Counted from the stretch's first letter, positions 10,372 to 22,987 are shown. The stretch: DNA of 35,832 bases from Octopus bimaculoides (GCF_001194135.2 NC_068990.1:63229499-63265330), one strand, 5' to 3'. The notes: generated by a model from the sequence alone, not told the origin. Numbers and translations are program-made.

Positions 10372-10830
10372 TGCAAACAAACGCGGAAGGTTTTGTGACG
10401 AAGAGATAGCCATTATGGAAGGCTCATAGTATAATAACAACTGTATAATAACATCATAATATTTTATTCTCCAATTTAAAGCTACAATTTATAAATACAA
10501 ACAAATGACTGAAAAATGATGACCTAACCCCCAGCCAGAATCGAACCCACAAATCAACGCTAACATGGCGCATCCTATTGGTCAAATGCTCATCTATCAA
10601 TTTCAGTCAAATTTAGTTTTTATATACTTAAACTATGTAATACGGTATATAATATTTGTAAACAAACGCGGAAGGTTTTCTAAGTTATGGAGAGAAAGCT
10701 ACTACGGAAGGCTCATAGTATAATAGCAACTGGGGTTATCTCATCATTTTTCAGTCATTTGTTTATATTTATAAATTGTGGCTTCAAATCGGAGAATAAA
10801 ATATTGTAATGATATATTATTAAACAGTTA
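10361..10830. mobile_element. tRNA-headed repeat (family E) with tandem and inverted partial duplications
   Basis: B box GGTTCGATTC on - (10538-10547). Direct repeat 10361-10443 vs 10646-10732. Inverted repeat 10436-10531 vs 10732-10830. Confidence 0.65.
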
Positions 10831-11136
10831 TACATATATATTGTACTTTTCTTGCACATAGAAGATTGTAATGAAAATTGATTGAATATCAAATAGATAA
10901 AAAAAGCGACTTAGTAAATTTTGAAATATGGAAGGTGAGTGACATATTAGTTTCAACCCCGCGGCTTTCTGGTTTCATTTAGGTTTAGCTAATATCACCG
11001 ACTTGCATATAGTTTTATGATTTTTATTGATTTGGCGAAACTTTATCCTTTAGACCAATGTAGTTTGATTCATATAATTAGAAATCCCTGGACATCAATG
11101 TAGTAAATTAACGACAAATATTTTAGTTTTACTTAG

Positions 11137-11170
11137 CGACCATCAACTTTGCCAAAATCTTTATGACAAG
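11137..11170 (+). other. candidate 34-nt exon
   Basis: Acceptor TTTTAGTTTTACTTAG, branch-like ATTAAC upstream, and perfect donor AAG|GTAAGT. Open in two phases (DHQLCQNLYDK or TINFAKIFMT). No homology recognised. Confidence 0.3.
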
Positions 11171-12035
11171 GTAAGTCAATCCTTTTGAAGTTTGTACCAA
11201 GCATCAGTGTCATCTAAGTTGAAACGGTGTTTGATCTTCAAAGCAGATATGCATGCGTCAAGAATATTCAAGCCTTGTATTGTATATAAATGCATTGAGA
11301 TTTTAAACATATACTGAATTGTGTATGTGAAAGAGTAAAAGCCAAACGGATGTCTGACATTGTAGTCAGATAAATTCTGCATAGACATATTGGCAACTAG
11401 TATTAGACTTGTATTCAATTTCCTGATCATTCAAACTACAAGACAAATTCTGTCTCTATCAATTAGAATCGAAAGCTGAAAAGGAATTCTTCTCTCGGTC
11501 AAATGTCTACTTGATTTCGTATTGACACCAGTTCAATCTAATTCTGAATATAAACAATAGTATTAGTAACAGTTTGTAGATTAGCAATAACTCATTTTTG
11601 CGTCCAAGGAGAGTGGCAAGGGAAAACCAGCATCATTAAAACCTAGAAATCTCAGATGATTGTTTCAACTTACAGAAAAATACATATAGATCGCTATGTT
11701 AGTAACTTCGTTAAGCAAACAAGTCTGAGGTTTCTCACTAGTGAATTTACTACACTTCTCACACCAAACACTAAATCTATTAGAACCTTGTTGTAATCCC
11801 AGGTTACAGTATTCGCCTATTTTGACCACAGAACTTATTTGCGCGATCAATTGTATAAACGTTTTCTAGACTGAATGTATACACGTTTATTTATGCATGT
11901 TTATTTATAAATAACAAAAAGCTTGGTTGTTGTTTGTGTACAACTATGTAGGCGTAATTACATGAATGGGTTATGCGTTTGATACAGGTGTAGTTATGTA
12001 TGTGAGTATACGCTTGCATACTAGTTAAGAATCAT

Positions 12036-12124
<89 letters not shown>
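12036..12124. repeat. (CA)n microsatellite
   Basis: Direct reading, about 44 units. Confidence 0.97.
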
Positions 12125-12125
<1 letters not shown>

Positions 12126-12444
12126 TGCTTTATATATGCAAATCCTCTACTGGAGATATAAATACAATCATGCAAATTCTTTTCATATTTCACAATACAT
12201 TCTTGTTTCATCGTTTCTCTTCATCAGGGAAAAATACTGTTATTTCTCATTATCTGAAAATCAAACATTCAACATGGCATGTCGCGATCTTTCCTGATCG
12301 TTTCTTTAAATGCGATTGTAAACTGTTTGTAACAGGTACATTATCGCTCACTTATATGCTTCTAGCATTGGTTTTATTACTTTTATCTGAAAAAATTACA
12401 AAATAGATGAGTAAAACAAGCAGCCCAAAATAAAATGAATTATA

Positions 12445-12815
12445 TACAGATGTCGTTATGGGGTAAAAAGTTTGCTTCCAAACCACATAGTTTCAGGTTC
12501 AATCCCACTGCGTGGTACCTTGGCCATGTGTCGTCTACTATAGCCTTAGGCCGAACAAAACCTTTGCGTGGATTTAGTAGACGGAAACTGAAAGAAACTC
12601 GTCGAATTTATATATGCCTATATCTGAGTGTACGTGTGCGTGTGTGAGGTGTGTCTGTGAAGTGTGAGCGTCTGTGTGTCTGTGCTTGCCTCCACCACCA
12701 CTTGACAACCGAAAGTTGGTTTGTTTACGTCCCCATAACTTAACGGTTCGGCAAAATTAACCAATAAAATAAGTGCCAGGGTTTTAAAAAAAGTACTGGC
12801 GTAGATTCAAACGAC
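12445..12815 (+). mobile_element. SINE family A, near full length, 3'-truncated
   Basis: Head GGTTCAATCCCACTGCGTGGTACCTTGG, central TA/TG microsatellite, and 3' part CTTGACAACCG...TAACTTAACGGTTCGGCAAAA. Confidence 0.85.
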
Positions 12816-12860
12816 GCGATAAAAATTAGAATCGAATATAATGAAGAAAATACTTCAAAT

Positions 12861-13285
12861 GATAACAGACCGGACCTAGTGGTGGTCGACAAGATGCACT
12901 ACATGTGCTATATAGTTGATGTTGCCTACCCCTTTGACCCACGAATAGTCAAGAAGGAAGGCGAATAGATAGATAAATACAACCCTCTTAAGTACGAAAT
13001 AGCCCGGCTGTGAAAATAAAGAAGGTGAAGTTAGAACCTATTATTTTTGGGTCCTTGGGAACAGTATCGGAAGGCATCGAGAGGAATATGAAGGAGATTG
13101 AAATAGAGCGCCAAGTAGAACTGTTACAAAATGTTTACCTCCTTTGGCACGGCCAGAATAATCAGGAAAATATTAACTGAAAAGAACAGATAGCATGGGA
13201 CCGTAGGCTGCAGGTAGCAAGCCCGCTACGCATGCAAGAATCCAAGAGTTCCAACAAAACCTGAGACAAAATGAAATAATAATAT
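12861..13285 (+). mobile_element. R4/Dong-like non-LTR retrotransposon 3' fragment (restriction-like endonuclease domain), pseudogenised
   Basis: NRPDLVVVDKMHYMCYIVDVAYPFDPRIVKKEGE*IDKYNPLKYEIARL*...EPIIFGSLG...ELLQ...LGTARIIRKIL, i.e. the PD-(D)xxP...K..KY RLE motif and C-terminus of the R4 clade. Followed by a short 3' UTR and an AAT-rich tail. Confidence 0.8.
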
Positions 13286-13297
13286 GGATTATAATAA

Positions 13298-13372
13298 TCC
13301 TTTCCATTAGAGGCACAAGGCATGAAATTTTCGGAGAGGGTTTCAGTCGATTAGATCGATCCTAGTGTTCAA
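13298..13372 (-). mobile_element. SINE family B, 3' fragment
   Basis: GGCACAAGG..GAAATTTT...AGTCGATTAGATCGA matches the 3' parts of 15200-15398 and 23044-23222. Confidence 0.65.
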
Positions 13373-13454
13373 CAACAACAGCATCAACAAAACAACAATA
13401 ATAATAACAATAATAATAATTATTATAAAAGATAATAATTATAAATAATAATAA

Positions 13455-14850
13455 TCTTTCTTTATTAGCCACAAGGGCCGAATACAAAACAAATAGGGAC
13501 GATACAATACAAGGGACAAGTGGAGTGTTGAACAATGCCGGGTATCGAATAAGTAATAAAAGCAATTAACAAAACAATTGAACAATAATATTTTCCCAAA
13601 AGGGAGCAGTTCCTCACCGGGACAACCGAGGAACCCCACACAATCGGGTTATCCCGACCGCCAGATGCACCTCAGCAGGCTCCTCTCTCCTTCTCAACTC
13701 CTCCGGTTTACAAATGAAAGTTCAGAGTAGGCCCATTTACACGGGCCAATCGCGCGTCCTGCACCCACTTTTCAACAAATTTACTAGTGGGGTGGGAAGA
13801 GAATTTCCCTCTCCAATCTCACTTTCCTTTTCAAGTAGACTTTGTAAAAGTTGATGAGGGCTTGGTCGAAGAGGAAAGTATTTGCCTTAGGTCCTCTCAG
13901 TCTCGTCCACCGCACTATGTCCTTCGCCATAGCCACCAGACAGAGGAATACTGCTTTTCCTTCCCAGCCAAAGGAAGGCGGAGGAGCGATCTTCATGATG
14001 AACTCAGTTAATAACAGTATCCGTCCTACACGCAGCAAGGGCAGTTCGACAAAGCTCCACAAGTCAGTAATCCACGGACACTGAAAGAGTGCATGCAGGA
14101 CGGTTTCATCGCCCTGTGCACATCTCAGACAGGTCCGTCTGACAATACTTCCGTGTCTGTAGAATGTGTCTCAAACCGGCAGAGCTACCTGGTAGGACTG
14201 TCAGGCCAGGGTTTTCTGGAAGTTATCCATAGGCTCCGGCCTGAAAGTCCTCTGGAAAAGATTATTTAATTTATCCGTCCCGAAGCCCTGAGTTTCCCCG
14301 AAGACGTCATCACTCTTACCCTCTACTAATCCCCTATAAAATTCCATAGTGGGACTTCCACCGACCGCGTTGCCCGAGTGGCAGAGAGCGGTGAGCGCTT
14401 GCTTGACATTTCAGGTGCTAAGCGCCCTGTCTTGGTCTACTCTAGATGCAGGACTGTAGTTCCGTCAGTGAGGCGAGCAGCGCAAAATCCTGTGACAAAT
14501 GGCGACCATACCTTTTCACCATTAAGAAAGCACTGGAGATGTCGCGACATCAGCGCCTGTCTGCGCATCATTAGCCACGGCATGCTGAGCCCTCCACTCA
14601 GTGGCTGTTGACAGCAGATAGACCATCTGACGATCGGAACACGTCCTTTCCTCGGAAACTGGAAGAGCAAGCGCTCAAGCTTGATCAGCCACGAGTAGGG
14701 CAAGGGACGACGGTCAGGCGGTAGTAGATGACGGAAGCGATGTACTCATTCACCACCTCCGCGAAACTTTTCATGGACAGCTTCCTCTCCACCATTTCTG
14801 GGTGAGATTGGCTACCTTGTTCGTCACCTCCTCACCAGTTCTTGTCCACC
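13455..14850 (-). mobile_element. L1/Tx1-clade LINE, 5'-truncated (ORF2 C-terminus, 3' UTR, (ATT)n tail at 13395-13454)
   Basis: The minus strand reads, with frameshifts, KNW..VTNKVANLTQKW..RKLS..AEVV..YIASVIYYRLTVVPCPYSWLIKLERLLFQF, then the CCHC knuckle CLRCAQGDETVLHALFQCP, then FVEKWVQDARLARVNGPTLNFHL* (stop 13708-13710). Confidence 0.85.
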
Positions 14851-15199
14851 AAAAATGGAAGGAATTTGTGAAGCCATCATAATGAAACTTAATTATATAT
14901 GTGAAGCGACCATAAGATATGATGCTCATAACGATACTTGACTATAATGATAAGATGTCTTTGTAGAGTGAATGGAAGATAAATATTACTGAAATTGCAA
15001 TACTAGATGCGAAATGAAATGTTAAATTATTTTAGCACATAGGCACCAAGAATGTAAATGCTTCATTATAAAATTCTTAACTGATATTTCTTTTTAAAAG
15101 AAAAAGTCTCGAATATCCAATAAAATGCTGACGGAATCAATGATTACACTATCAATAGATAGGTGTTTGAAATGTTCAACAATAGAGAGACGTTTAGTA

Positions 15200-15398
15200 A
15201 TGATTTCAAAATTTGGCACAAGGCCAGGACATATGGGGTAGGGAGATATCGATTACATCGACTCCAATGGTAATTATTTTATCGACCTCGAAAGGCAAAG
15301 TCGACCTCGGTGGCATTTGAACTCAGAACGTAAAGACAGGTGAGACGCCGCGAAGCATTTTACCCGGTGCGCTAACGATTCAGCTAGCTCACTACCTT
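15200..15398 (-). mobile_element. SINE family B
   Basis: Reverse complement AGGTAGTGAGCTAGCTGAATCGTTAGCGCACCGGG...TGAGTTCAAATGCCACCGAGGTCGACTTTGCC. Confidence 0.85.
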
Positions 15399-15560
15399 GA
15401 AGGGATATGTTTAATGATACAAATAGATTGAAATAATACCTTAAATGTATTTGTGTATCGTACGTACATAGTACATAGATTTGGATTAATTTCTTCTGAA
15501 GCCGAAATTGATGTCGTGAGTCGTGCGCAACGATATCAAAATTGCTAATAATAGATATTC

Positions 15561-15563
<3 letters not shown>

Positions 15564-15599
<36 letters not shown>
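15564..15599. repeat. (TG)n microsatellite
   Basis: Direct reading. Confidence 0.95.
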
Positions 15600-15601
<2 letters not shown>

Positions 15602-16449
15602 CTCTGTTTGTGGTTCTTCTTCACTATATGCCATTTGTTTCCATTGGTTTGTTTCAAGTAAGCTCTTTAATTATGCGGTCTTTATTTGATCTTTGCCTGC
15701 AGTTATTTATTTCATTGGTTAATTTCTAATGTAGTTTTGTCATATTGTTTTTATTTTTCTTTGTTTGGAGTATGTTTTGTGGAATTCGCCATTCTGCTGG
15801 TTACTAAGGTTAATTTGTGCTTTTGTTGTTCATACTTTTATAAATTTTATTTATTTTGTTTTGTAATATCTTCTTCGGTTCGTAGGATATATTTTTTACG
15901 TTCACATATTCTTATTTCATTAAAAATTGAAAGGCGTCGTGTCTTCGGGTCATCAGTAAACTTACACAAAGTAGTACGAACGAGATTTTGACTGGCATTC
16001 CGTTTGTTTGTTGGAAAGAATTGTACTTTGTTAGTTTGTTGGCCATGCATCCTGTTTATCATATGGTTCATTTGTATTTTACGGTCTAATTCTCTTGAAT
16101 GTAATTTTCTCTATATACATATGCATATACAGATATATACATATGTCTATAGCTAGAGTTTGTGTGCCTGTGCATTGTCAAAACGGATGATCAGCTGCCC
16201 AGCCACAATGTGCCTCCTGCCAATGCAACAGTTTGTCGTATACTGCTGTTTACCCACAGGAAATATACGGGTTTATGAAGCTTGCTTCCTTTTCAACGTA
16301 TCTCTAGCGGGAGTAGGTGAACGGGTATTATGCCTTGCCAAAGGGCAACCCGTGGTAATGCAGGACACGGTCTTCACTTTGTGCGGTATTCAGGAAATAC
16401 ATTTGCTAGCAGAAAGAAATATTGATGAGGAAATATTGACTCACTGCCT

Positions 16450-17860
16450 TTTGTTGTTGATTTTACAATGCAGAAATACAAAGAAGCAATCAAGTCGACA
16501 CAAAATAGGAAGGCTACAGGCTCGGATGATATGCTAGAAGAAGTATGCATGACCTTGAAATCTGTCAAAAGACCTGAAAATCTGAACAAAGGGAGGAATA
16601 TTGCCTGAACGCGAGAAACGTGACCTGGAATATCAGCTAATTACTGAGAAATTACTCCGTTAGTAGTTGCAGCTAAGATCAACAACAGAATAGTACTAAA
16701 CAGTCTAGGACTACATCTAAACCCAAATAAATCAAAATGGTTTCAGGATAAATTAAAATCGTTCCAGACAGAATACGTCAACTTTCTCACAACTGGGAAA
16801 ACAATACTAACGTTCATTGACTTCAGAAAAGCATTTTCACACCATCCATATGGTAAAGCTTCTGTCAATCCTACTTGTATATGGTGAACCTAGTATCAAA
16901 GTTTCTACTATAAATCTACTCTACATAAATACGGAAGCTCAAGTTCTCTCTCCTAATGGTGACACCGAGATTTTTGAAATCTTTGCGAGTGTTCTTCAAG
17001 GTGGCACATTGGCACCACATCTTTTCTAAATCGCCCTGAACTATGCGATGAAAGAAGCCAATTAATTGGTAATGGACAAGATCTCGGCTTTACATTGACA
17101 CGAAGGAAAAGTAAGCAAAACCCACCAATTATTGTATGTGATACAGATTTTGCTAATGACAGCTCTTTTACCATTGATCACGCTCACGAACTTCTTCATA
17201 AAGTCGAATTCTCTGCCAGAAAGACTGGTCTACACATAAATGTTACGAAGTCAGAGTACATGTCACAAAATCAAGGTGGAAATTTTGCCACACTGGATAG
17301 CGAAATATTAAATCGAATTGATGATTTTCTATACTTGAGCGACTGGATAAGGACATTAATATTAGAATTACCAAAGCCTGGACCGTAATGAACAAAACTG
17401 AAAAGATATGGACGTCAAATCTACCCAGAAAAATCAAGATATCCTTGTATTGAATATCTTTTGAGTCAGTGCCTTTGTATGGATCAGGTACATGGATGCT
17501 GATACAAGCGCTTGAGAAGAAATTAGATGGTACATGCACTGAAATGTCTAATATCGTATAAAACATTAACTAGCATCAACATATTACAAATGAAAGCTTA
17601 TAAGGAAACACCCAAGATAACAGCTAGAACTGCTTGAGCACGGTTGCGATTTTTTGCAGGACATCTCCAGAGAAGTGAGCTGGACGTTATTCACAAGCTA
17701 CTGCTGTGGAAACCAACTCTCGGGAGATGCAATAGAAGAAAACCTGCTCGAACATTCATTGGTCAACTCCTCACTAAGGAGCAGTTGCCAGGAGCAGTGG
17801 AAAACTGAACTTTGAAGAAACTCCTTCAGGAATGTTCGACCGTGGTTGCAATGATGATGT
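16450..17860 (+). mobile_element. RTE-clade LINE reverse transcriptase remnant, heavily decayed
   Basis: Frame-shifted pieces FTMQKYKEAIKSTQNRKATGSDD, VAAKINNRIVLN, TFIDFRKAF, LYINTEAQVLSPNGDTEIFEIFASVLQGGTLAPHLF, DTDFAND (YADD-equivalent), GLHINVTKSEYM, DDFLYL and ESVPLYGSGTW. Confidence 0.85.
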
Positions 17861-18247
17861 GTATAGCGTATTGTATATATGGAAGGAAAAGATTTGTGCT
17901 TGAATCCTTTAAGATATTAGATACACATATGCATGTGTAATTTTCTATATGCCGATTAGTCTGTAGCAATTCATGGTTGGTGTTTATATTTTCTTACTGT
18001 ATTTTTGTGGAAGCGAGTTGCTAAACCGACTTTTCTGTTAGATTCCAAATTCTTTGTNNNNNNNNNNATATATATATATATACTTTCGTAATAGGATCTT
18101 CGTCCGAAATAAGGTAACAGTGGAAGGGAAAAGCTCAATGTAAAAGACAGAAAAGAACTAGAGAACACCTGATTATCAATTTCACTTCCGGCCACTTCCC
18201 AAGCAACAGATTAGTACTTTTGGACGATGCCACAAGAATACGACAAT

Positions 18248-18290
18248 ATACATACATACATACATACATACATACATACATACATACATG
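18248..18290. repeat. (CATA)n microsatellite
   Basis: Direct reading. Confidence 0.9.
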
Positions 18291-18725
18291 CATACATGTA
18301 TATATGCCACACATAAAGAACAAAAAGTAGCTAATGCTGAAAGCCCGTGCAAAAATTATTTAGTATTATTCAATGAAACCATTTAGGCATTCATGTACAA
18401 TATCATGATTAAACTGCTGCTAAATATGAAGAGAAAAAATATCCTGAGCTGTACCATTAACTAAAACATTTAAGTGTTTCTTATGATAAAACATACGAGA
18501 TATTAAGTTAGTCTGTTTAATAAGCACATACGTATAAAGTTCCATTAATAAAAATCAATTTTAAATGAATTTCAGCAAACAACAATATCAATCTCTTCCA
18601 CTAGTTACTACTTAGGTACATTCATCACATTCTATAACGATAAGTCTTGATAGTGTTAGCTATTAGTTTATTGACAGAAGCTTTTTATGCTTTTTGAAGC
18701 AGGGATAAAATTGTATGTGCGTGGG

Positions 18726-18730
<5 letters not shown>

Positions 18731-18779
<49 letters not shown>

Positions 18780-19064
18780 NNNNNNNNNNNNNNNNNNNNN
18801 NNNNNNNNNNNNNNNNNNNNNNNNNNNNNNNNNNNNNNNNNNNNNNNNNNNNNNNNNNNNNNNNNNNNNNNNNNNNNNNNNNNNNNNNNNNNNNNNNNNN
18901 NNNNNNNNNNNNNNNNNNNNNNNNNNNNNNNNNNNNNNNNNNNNNNNNNNNNNNNNNNNNNNNNNNNNNNNNNNNNNNNNNNNNNNNNNNNNNNNNNNNN
19001 NGAGAGAGGGAGAGAAGGGAGGGAGAGAGGGAGAGAAGGGAGGGAGAGAGGGAGAGAGAGGGGG
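18731..19064. repeat. (AG)n / GA-rich repeat spanning an N gap
   Basis: Direct reading. Confidence 0.9.
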
Positions 19065-19318
19065 AATATAATTGACATGCGTTTCATTCTGGACTTCTTA
19101 ATTCATCTAAAAACGATGCATTTATCATTCAAGTACTCTATAAAAAGTTTAAATAAATTAAATTTGCGAGAACTAAGAAAAAGTCTATGTGAAAAGTGGA
19201 ACGGAAATTTAAGAATCTTAGTTTATATATATCTATATTTCTTTCATTTTATTTTGTTATATCTAGAGATGTTTTAGGTTAACATATCATTCAGTCAGCC
19301 TTACGAACATTAAGAATA

Positions 19319-19990
19319 GAGGGTGGTAATTAAATTTTTAAAAAGTCATTTCTAATCGAGCAAAATCCAAACGTATTTTAATAAAAATTTGTACACATAT
19401 TCTTCATTCGCTTCCTTATATGATTATTCAATCAATCCGCCTTCAGCTCCGATGGCTGCTTTAATGCTGGGCCGGAATCATTGATATGCCTGCATAAGTT
19501 AGCCCTCATTCATTTTGAATATCACTTGGAGAATGGAAGCTGTCAGTGAAGCTATGGTATTGTGAGGTTGTTAATTAATCAACCTTCCAACAATGCTCCA
19601 AGCGTAGTAGTTCATCCAGAGTTTAAATCTGGCAAGTTCGGAGGCCACACGTTTGGTGTGACACACACGACCTGACATCCTTTCTTGCGTTACGTGGACA
19701 TTATGAGAATGTGCTGAGTCTTGCCTTCCACTGCCTGCTTCCTCTATCTAGAATTTAAAATCTCTTTACAGTATCTCAACGTATCCAGTAGCATTAGTTT
19801 TAAGACTTTATGGAATGAAGTGAAGTAGCATAACATGATCTTCGTTACTCGTCATTCCTAATATCATCACAGTCACTGGCAACTTTTCGTGCATCACTCT
19901 GTGGACATCGGAAAGACATTGCACATAAACATCCGTCATTTCTCCAGTTAAACTTTCGGTCTTAGAGTTTTCTCATCAGAAAGAGCCAGA
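19319..19990 (-). mobile_element. maT/DD37D-like transposon 3' remnant with catalytic domain and terminal TIR
   Basis: The minus strand reads, with frameshifts and stops, SDEK...VMHEKLPVTVMILG...VMLLHFIP...QDSAHSHNVHVTQE...TPNVWPPNLPDLN...YYAWSIV...PHNTIASL...FRPSIKAAIGAEGGLIE*. TA at 19317-18 then TIR-like GAGGGTGGTAATTAAAT. Confidence 0.85.
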
Positions 19991-20050
19991 TTATATCATA
20001 TTCGGGAGGAATTTTTAAACTTAAGCAACCGCCTGACAAGAATATTAAAT

Positions 20051-20212
20051 GCGGTATTCAGTGGCTACACATTATGTAGATCTGTTTCCCATTCAAGCGG
20101 AAGTCATTAGCATATAGCTGACTAACATTTTCTAAATTAACATGTAGCCTAAACTTTATAGATATTCATGCTTTTAATTAAGTTTCTTGGTGTGTTTTTA
20201 TCCTCATTACAC
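20051..20212 (+). repeat. 162-bp segment duplicated in inverted orientation at 23694-23855
   Basis: Base-by-base comparison: 161/162 identical. Confidence 0.95.
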
Positions 20213-20627
20213 GCGTTTCGGGATCATCGTTGATAATGTCTTAAACCCATTGGATAAATTGCAACGTCTTTGCAGAGCACAGACATTTAGGATGCATTTT
20301 TCTCTTTTATACAATTGTGACATTCCTGTCAGAGACTTCCAGTTACATCTGAACATTGTGTACGAAAAGTGTTACAATGTTTAAGAAGTTGGCAATTTCT
20401 AAATTGCTATGTTTCATACATATGGCAACAATAATTCCTTGTATTTTCATTTCTTGTTAGTATTTTATCTACTAGTATGGATCTAAAAAAAAACTTTTAA
20501 TTGGTTTGAAAAGAGTAATACGCTGACAATTAAGTGTGTTCAAATATTTTTCGATTCCTGTATTTCTATTAGGTAACATAGTAGAAAACATGAGGATTGA
20601 GTCGAAACGTACGTAATATATTGTCGA

Positions 20628-20820
20628 CACAGACTCATTAGCACGCCGGGCAAAATGCTTAGCAGTAATTCGTCCGTCTTTACGTTATATGTTCAAATCG
20701 AATTTGCCTTTCATCCCTTCGGGGTCGGTAAAATAGTACCACTTGAGTACTGGGAGTGATAAAATCGACTTACCCCGCCCTGGAATTTGTTGGCCTTGGG
20801 ACAAAACTTGAAATCAATAT
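20628..20820 (+). mobile_element. SINE family B
   Basis: TTAGCACGCCGGGCAAAATGCTTAGC...GTTCAAAT...TTTGCCTTTCATCCCTTCGGGGTCGGTAAAAT. Confidence 0.85.
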
Positions 20821-21500
20821 ATTCTCAAAAGTGTAGTTTGTTTTTCTGGAACGATAAATCCACTCAATAAAAGAATAAACGATAGAAATTTTTATATAAC
20901 TCGGAAACGCAAAATAAATAAAAGACACACCTGTCTTTCTATGGCACCTCAGAACTCATTAAGCAACAAGGCATGTGTCGTGAAATTTCTCCAAGTAGCG
21001 CTATACGATAAGCAGGGAAGGAATTAAAACATTTCGAATCTACAACATTAAGTGCATATTGATATATTTCTGTATGTCAGGTGGCCTTATAAAGTAAACC
21101 GGTCATAAGAAGACAGAAACATTGTTAAACGCTATGATGTATCGAGACCAAGTACAGTCAATATTTTAAAAGGGGAACGGGATGAAATGAACGTAATACA
21201 TTTCTGATACAGACGTCCGTTTTCCTAAGTCTTCAAAATACTAAACTGAGTTAAGAATAAATTCAAGAATACGAGAATACATAAACTGAAGTCAGGTAAC
21301 AGTAAAACGTACACTTCATATGGAACAGAGTAATTCATCGGAAAGCGATGCAGTTATCATGGAATGAACTCGGTACATTTTAAATGCATGAAATTAATTC
21401 GAGCTATAACAAAGTCTCAGTGAAATGTGTAACGGAAATTGAAGAATCTTGAACATGGTTCGCTTGTTGTACTTACAGAAGACAACGTGGTAGCAAGCTA

Positions 21501-21535
<35 letters not shown>

Positions 21536-22219
21536 NNNNNNNNNNNNNNNNNNNNNNNNNNNNNNNNNNNNNNNNNNNNNNNNNNNNNNNNNNNNNNNNN
21601 NNNNNNNNNNNNNNNNNNNNNNNNNNNNNNNNNNNNNNNNNNNNNNNNNNNNNNNNNNNNNNNNNNNNNNNNNNNNNNNNNNNNNNNNNNNNNNNNNNNN
21701 NNNNNNNNNNNNNNNNNNNNNNNNNNNNNNNNNNNNNNNNNNNNNNNNNNNNNNNNNNNNNNNNNNNNNNNNNNNNNNNNNNNNNNNNNNNNNNNNNNNN
21801 NNNNNNNNNNNNNNNNNNNNNNNNNNNNNNNNNNNNNNNNNNNNNNNNNNNNNNNNNNNATATATACATGCATATATGCATATTATATATATATATATAG
21901 TAACATAGTAACTAGCTCACGTCAACCCAAAATAACCGCAAAGAGAAGAAAGAAACGTAATACGGTTTGACACAAAGTTATGACTTTCAGAGGTAATCTG
22001 AGGCAATAAAATCCTGAAAAATGCCCAATTGAACTAACGTTAAATAGATAATAGAGACAAGAACGCTTCAGACAGTGCAGCTTAATTTCTCTCAGAACGT
22101 AGCCTTTACCACAAAAGTGCTCCATAAAAATTCAAATAAATGAAATTAGATTTCAGGTGGTGCTGCGTGTGTAAACTTATTGTGGTTAATTAAATTCCAT
22201 GGACACTTGTAATCTGCAG

Positions 22220-22267
<48 letters not shown>

Positions 22268-22846
22268 CACCGTAGACGGAAAAAGCGGGATCTGCTGGAC
22301 TATAGCTTCAATTGTCATTACATTGTCATCAAGACCTTACTGTACTCGTAACTGTCTACATGAAAGTTGTATTTATAGCTACTGTTATCACACGCGTGAT
22401 TAAATCCCGTATACGGATTTGCAAATCTTACACACTCTTGCTAGTTCGGTTACATAAGTTTGCTAACATATTTATACTGTTGGGTTTTTTGGTTTTTGTT
22501 TTCATGATCTGATATACTTGAATATAAATAAACCCATAGATTTAAGTCGGTACTGCGTGTGTAAATAAATTAAATGCATTTGATTGTCTTTATATATTTC
22601 ACTGTGGACAGAAAATGAGACGCCGACTGGAATATAGTTTCCATCGTCTTTACAGTTTCATCAGCAATCGTTTATTTTTCTCTTGTATCACCAAATTACA
22701 TAAACAAAAATTTCCATCTCTGATTGGTAGACGTATCTAAATATTTTGAATTACTTTACAGATGCGGTGCCAAGGTAAATCCGTAAATTTATTCTGCATA
22801 TCAGAGCATAAAATACATACATACATCCCATCCTCGCGACAAACAC

Positions 22847-22987
22847 GTGTGTATGTATGTATGTATGTATGTATGTATATTTGCATGTATCTAGTAGGTA
22901 GGTAGGTAAGTAAGTAGGTAGGTAAGTAAGTAGGTAGGTAAGTGAGTAGGTAGGTAAGTAAGTAAGTAAGTATGTAGGTAGGTAGGT
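22847..22987. repeat. (GTAT)n plus (GTAG/GTAA)n tetranucleotide array with 16-bp higher-order unit
   Basis: From 22894 the units run (gtag)3(gtaa)2(gtag)2(gtaa)2(gtag)2 gtaa gtga (gtag)2(gtaa)4 gtat (gtag)3. Confidence 0.95.

Noticed and set aside
10391-10712. Hammerhead in family E tails (TGACGA...GATAGC at ~10396; GAAAGCTA at ~10694)
   Set aside because: Core pieces are split between copies, stem II is absent and stem I does not pair.
15935-15960. Minus-strand CTGATGACCCGAAG
   Set aside because: No stem II and GAAG instead of GAAA.
20200-20240. Minus-strand CATTAT..CGATGA-TCCC-GAAACGCGT-GTAATG hammerhead-like remnant at the inner edge of the 162-bp duplication
   Set aside because: The core is mismatched, stem II is missing and the triplet would be GUG. 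The coincidence with the duplication boundary is noted but unsupported.
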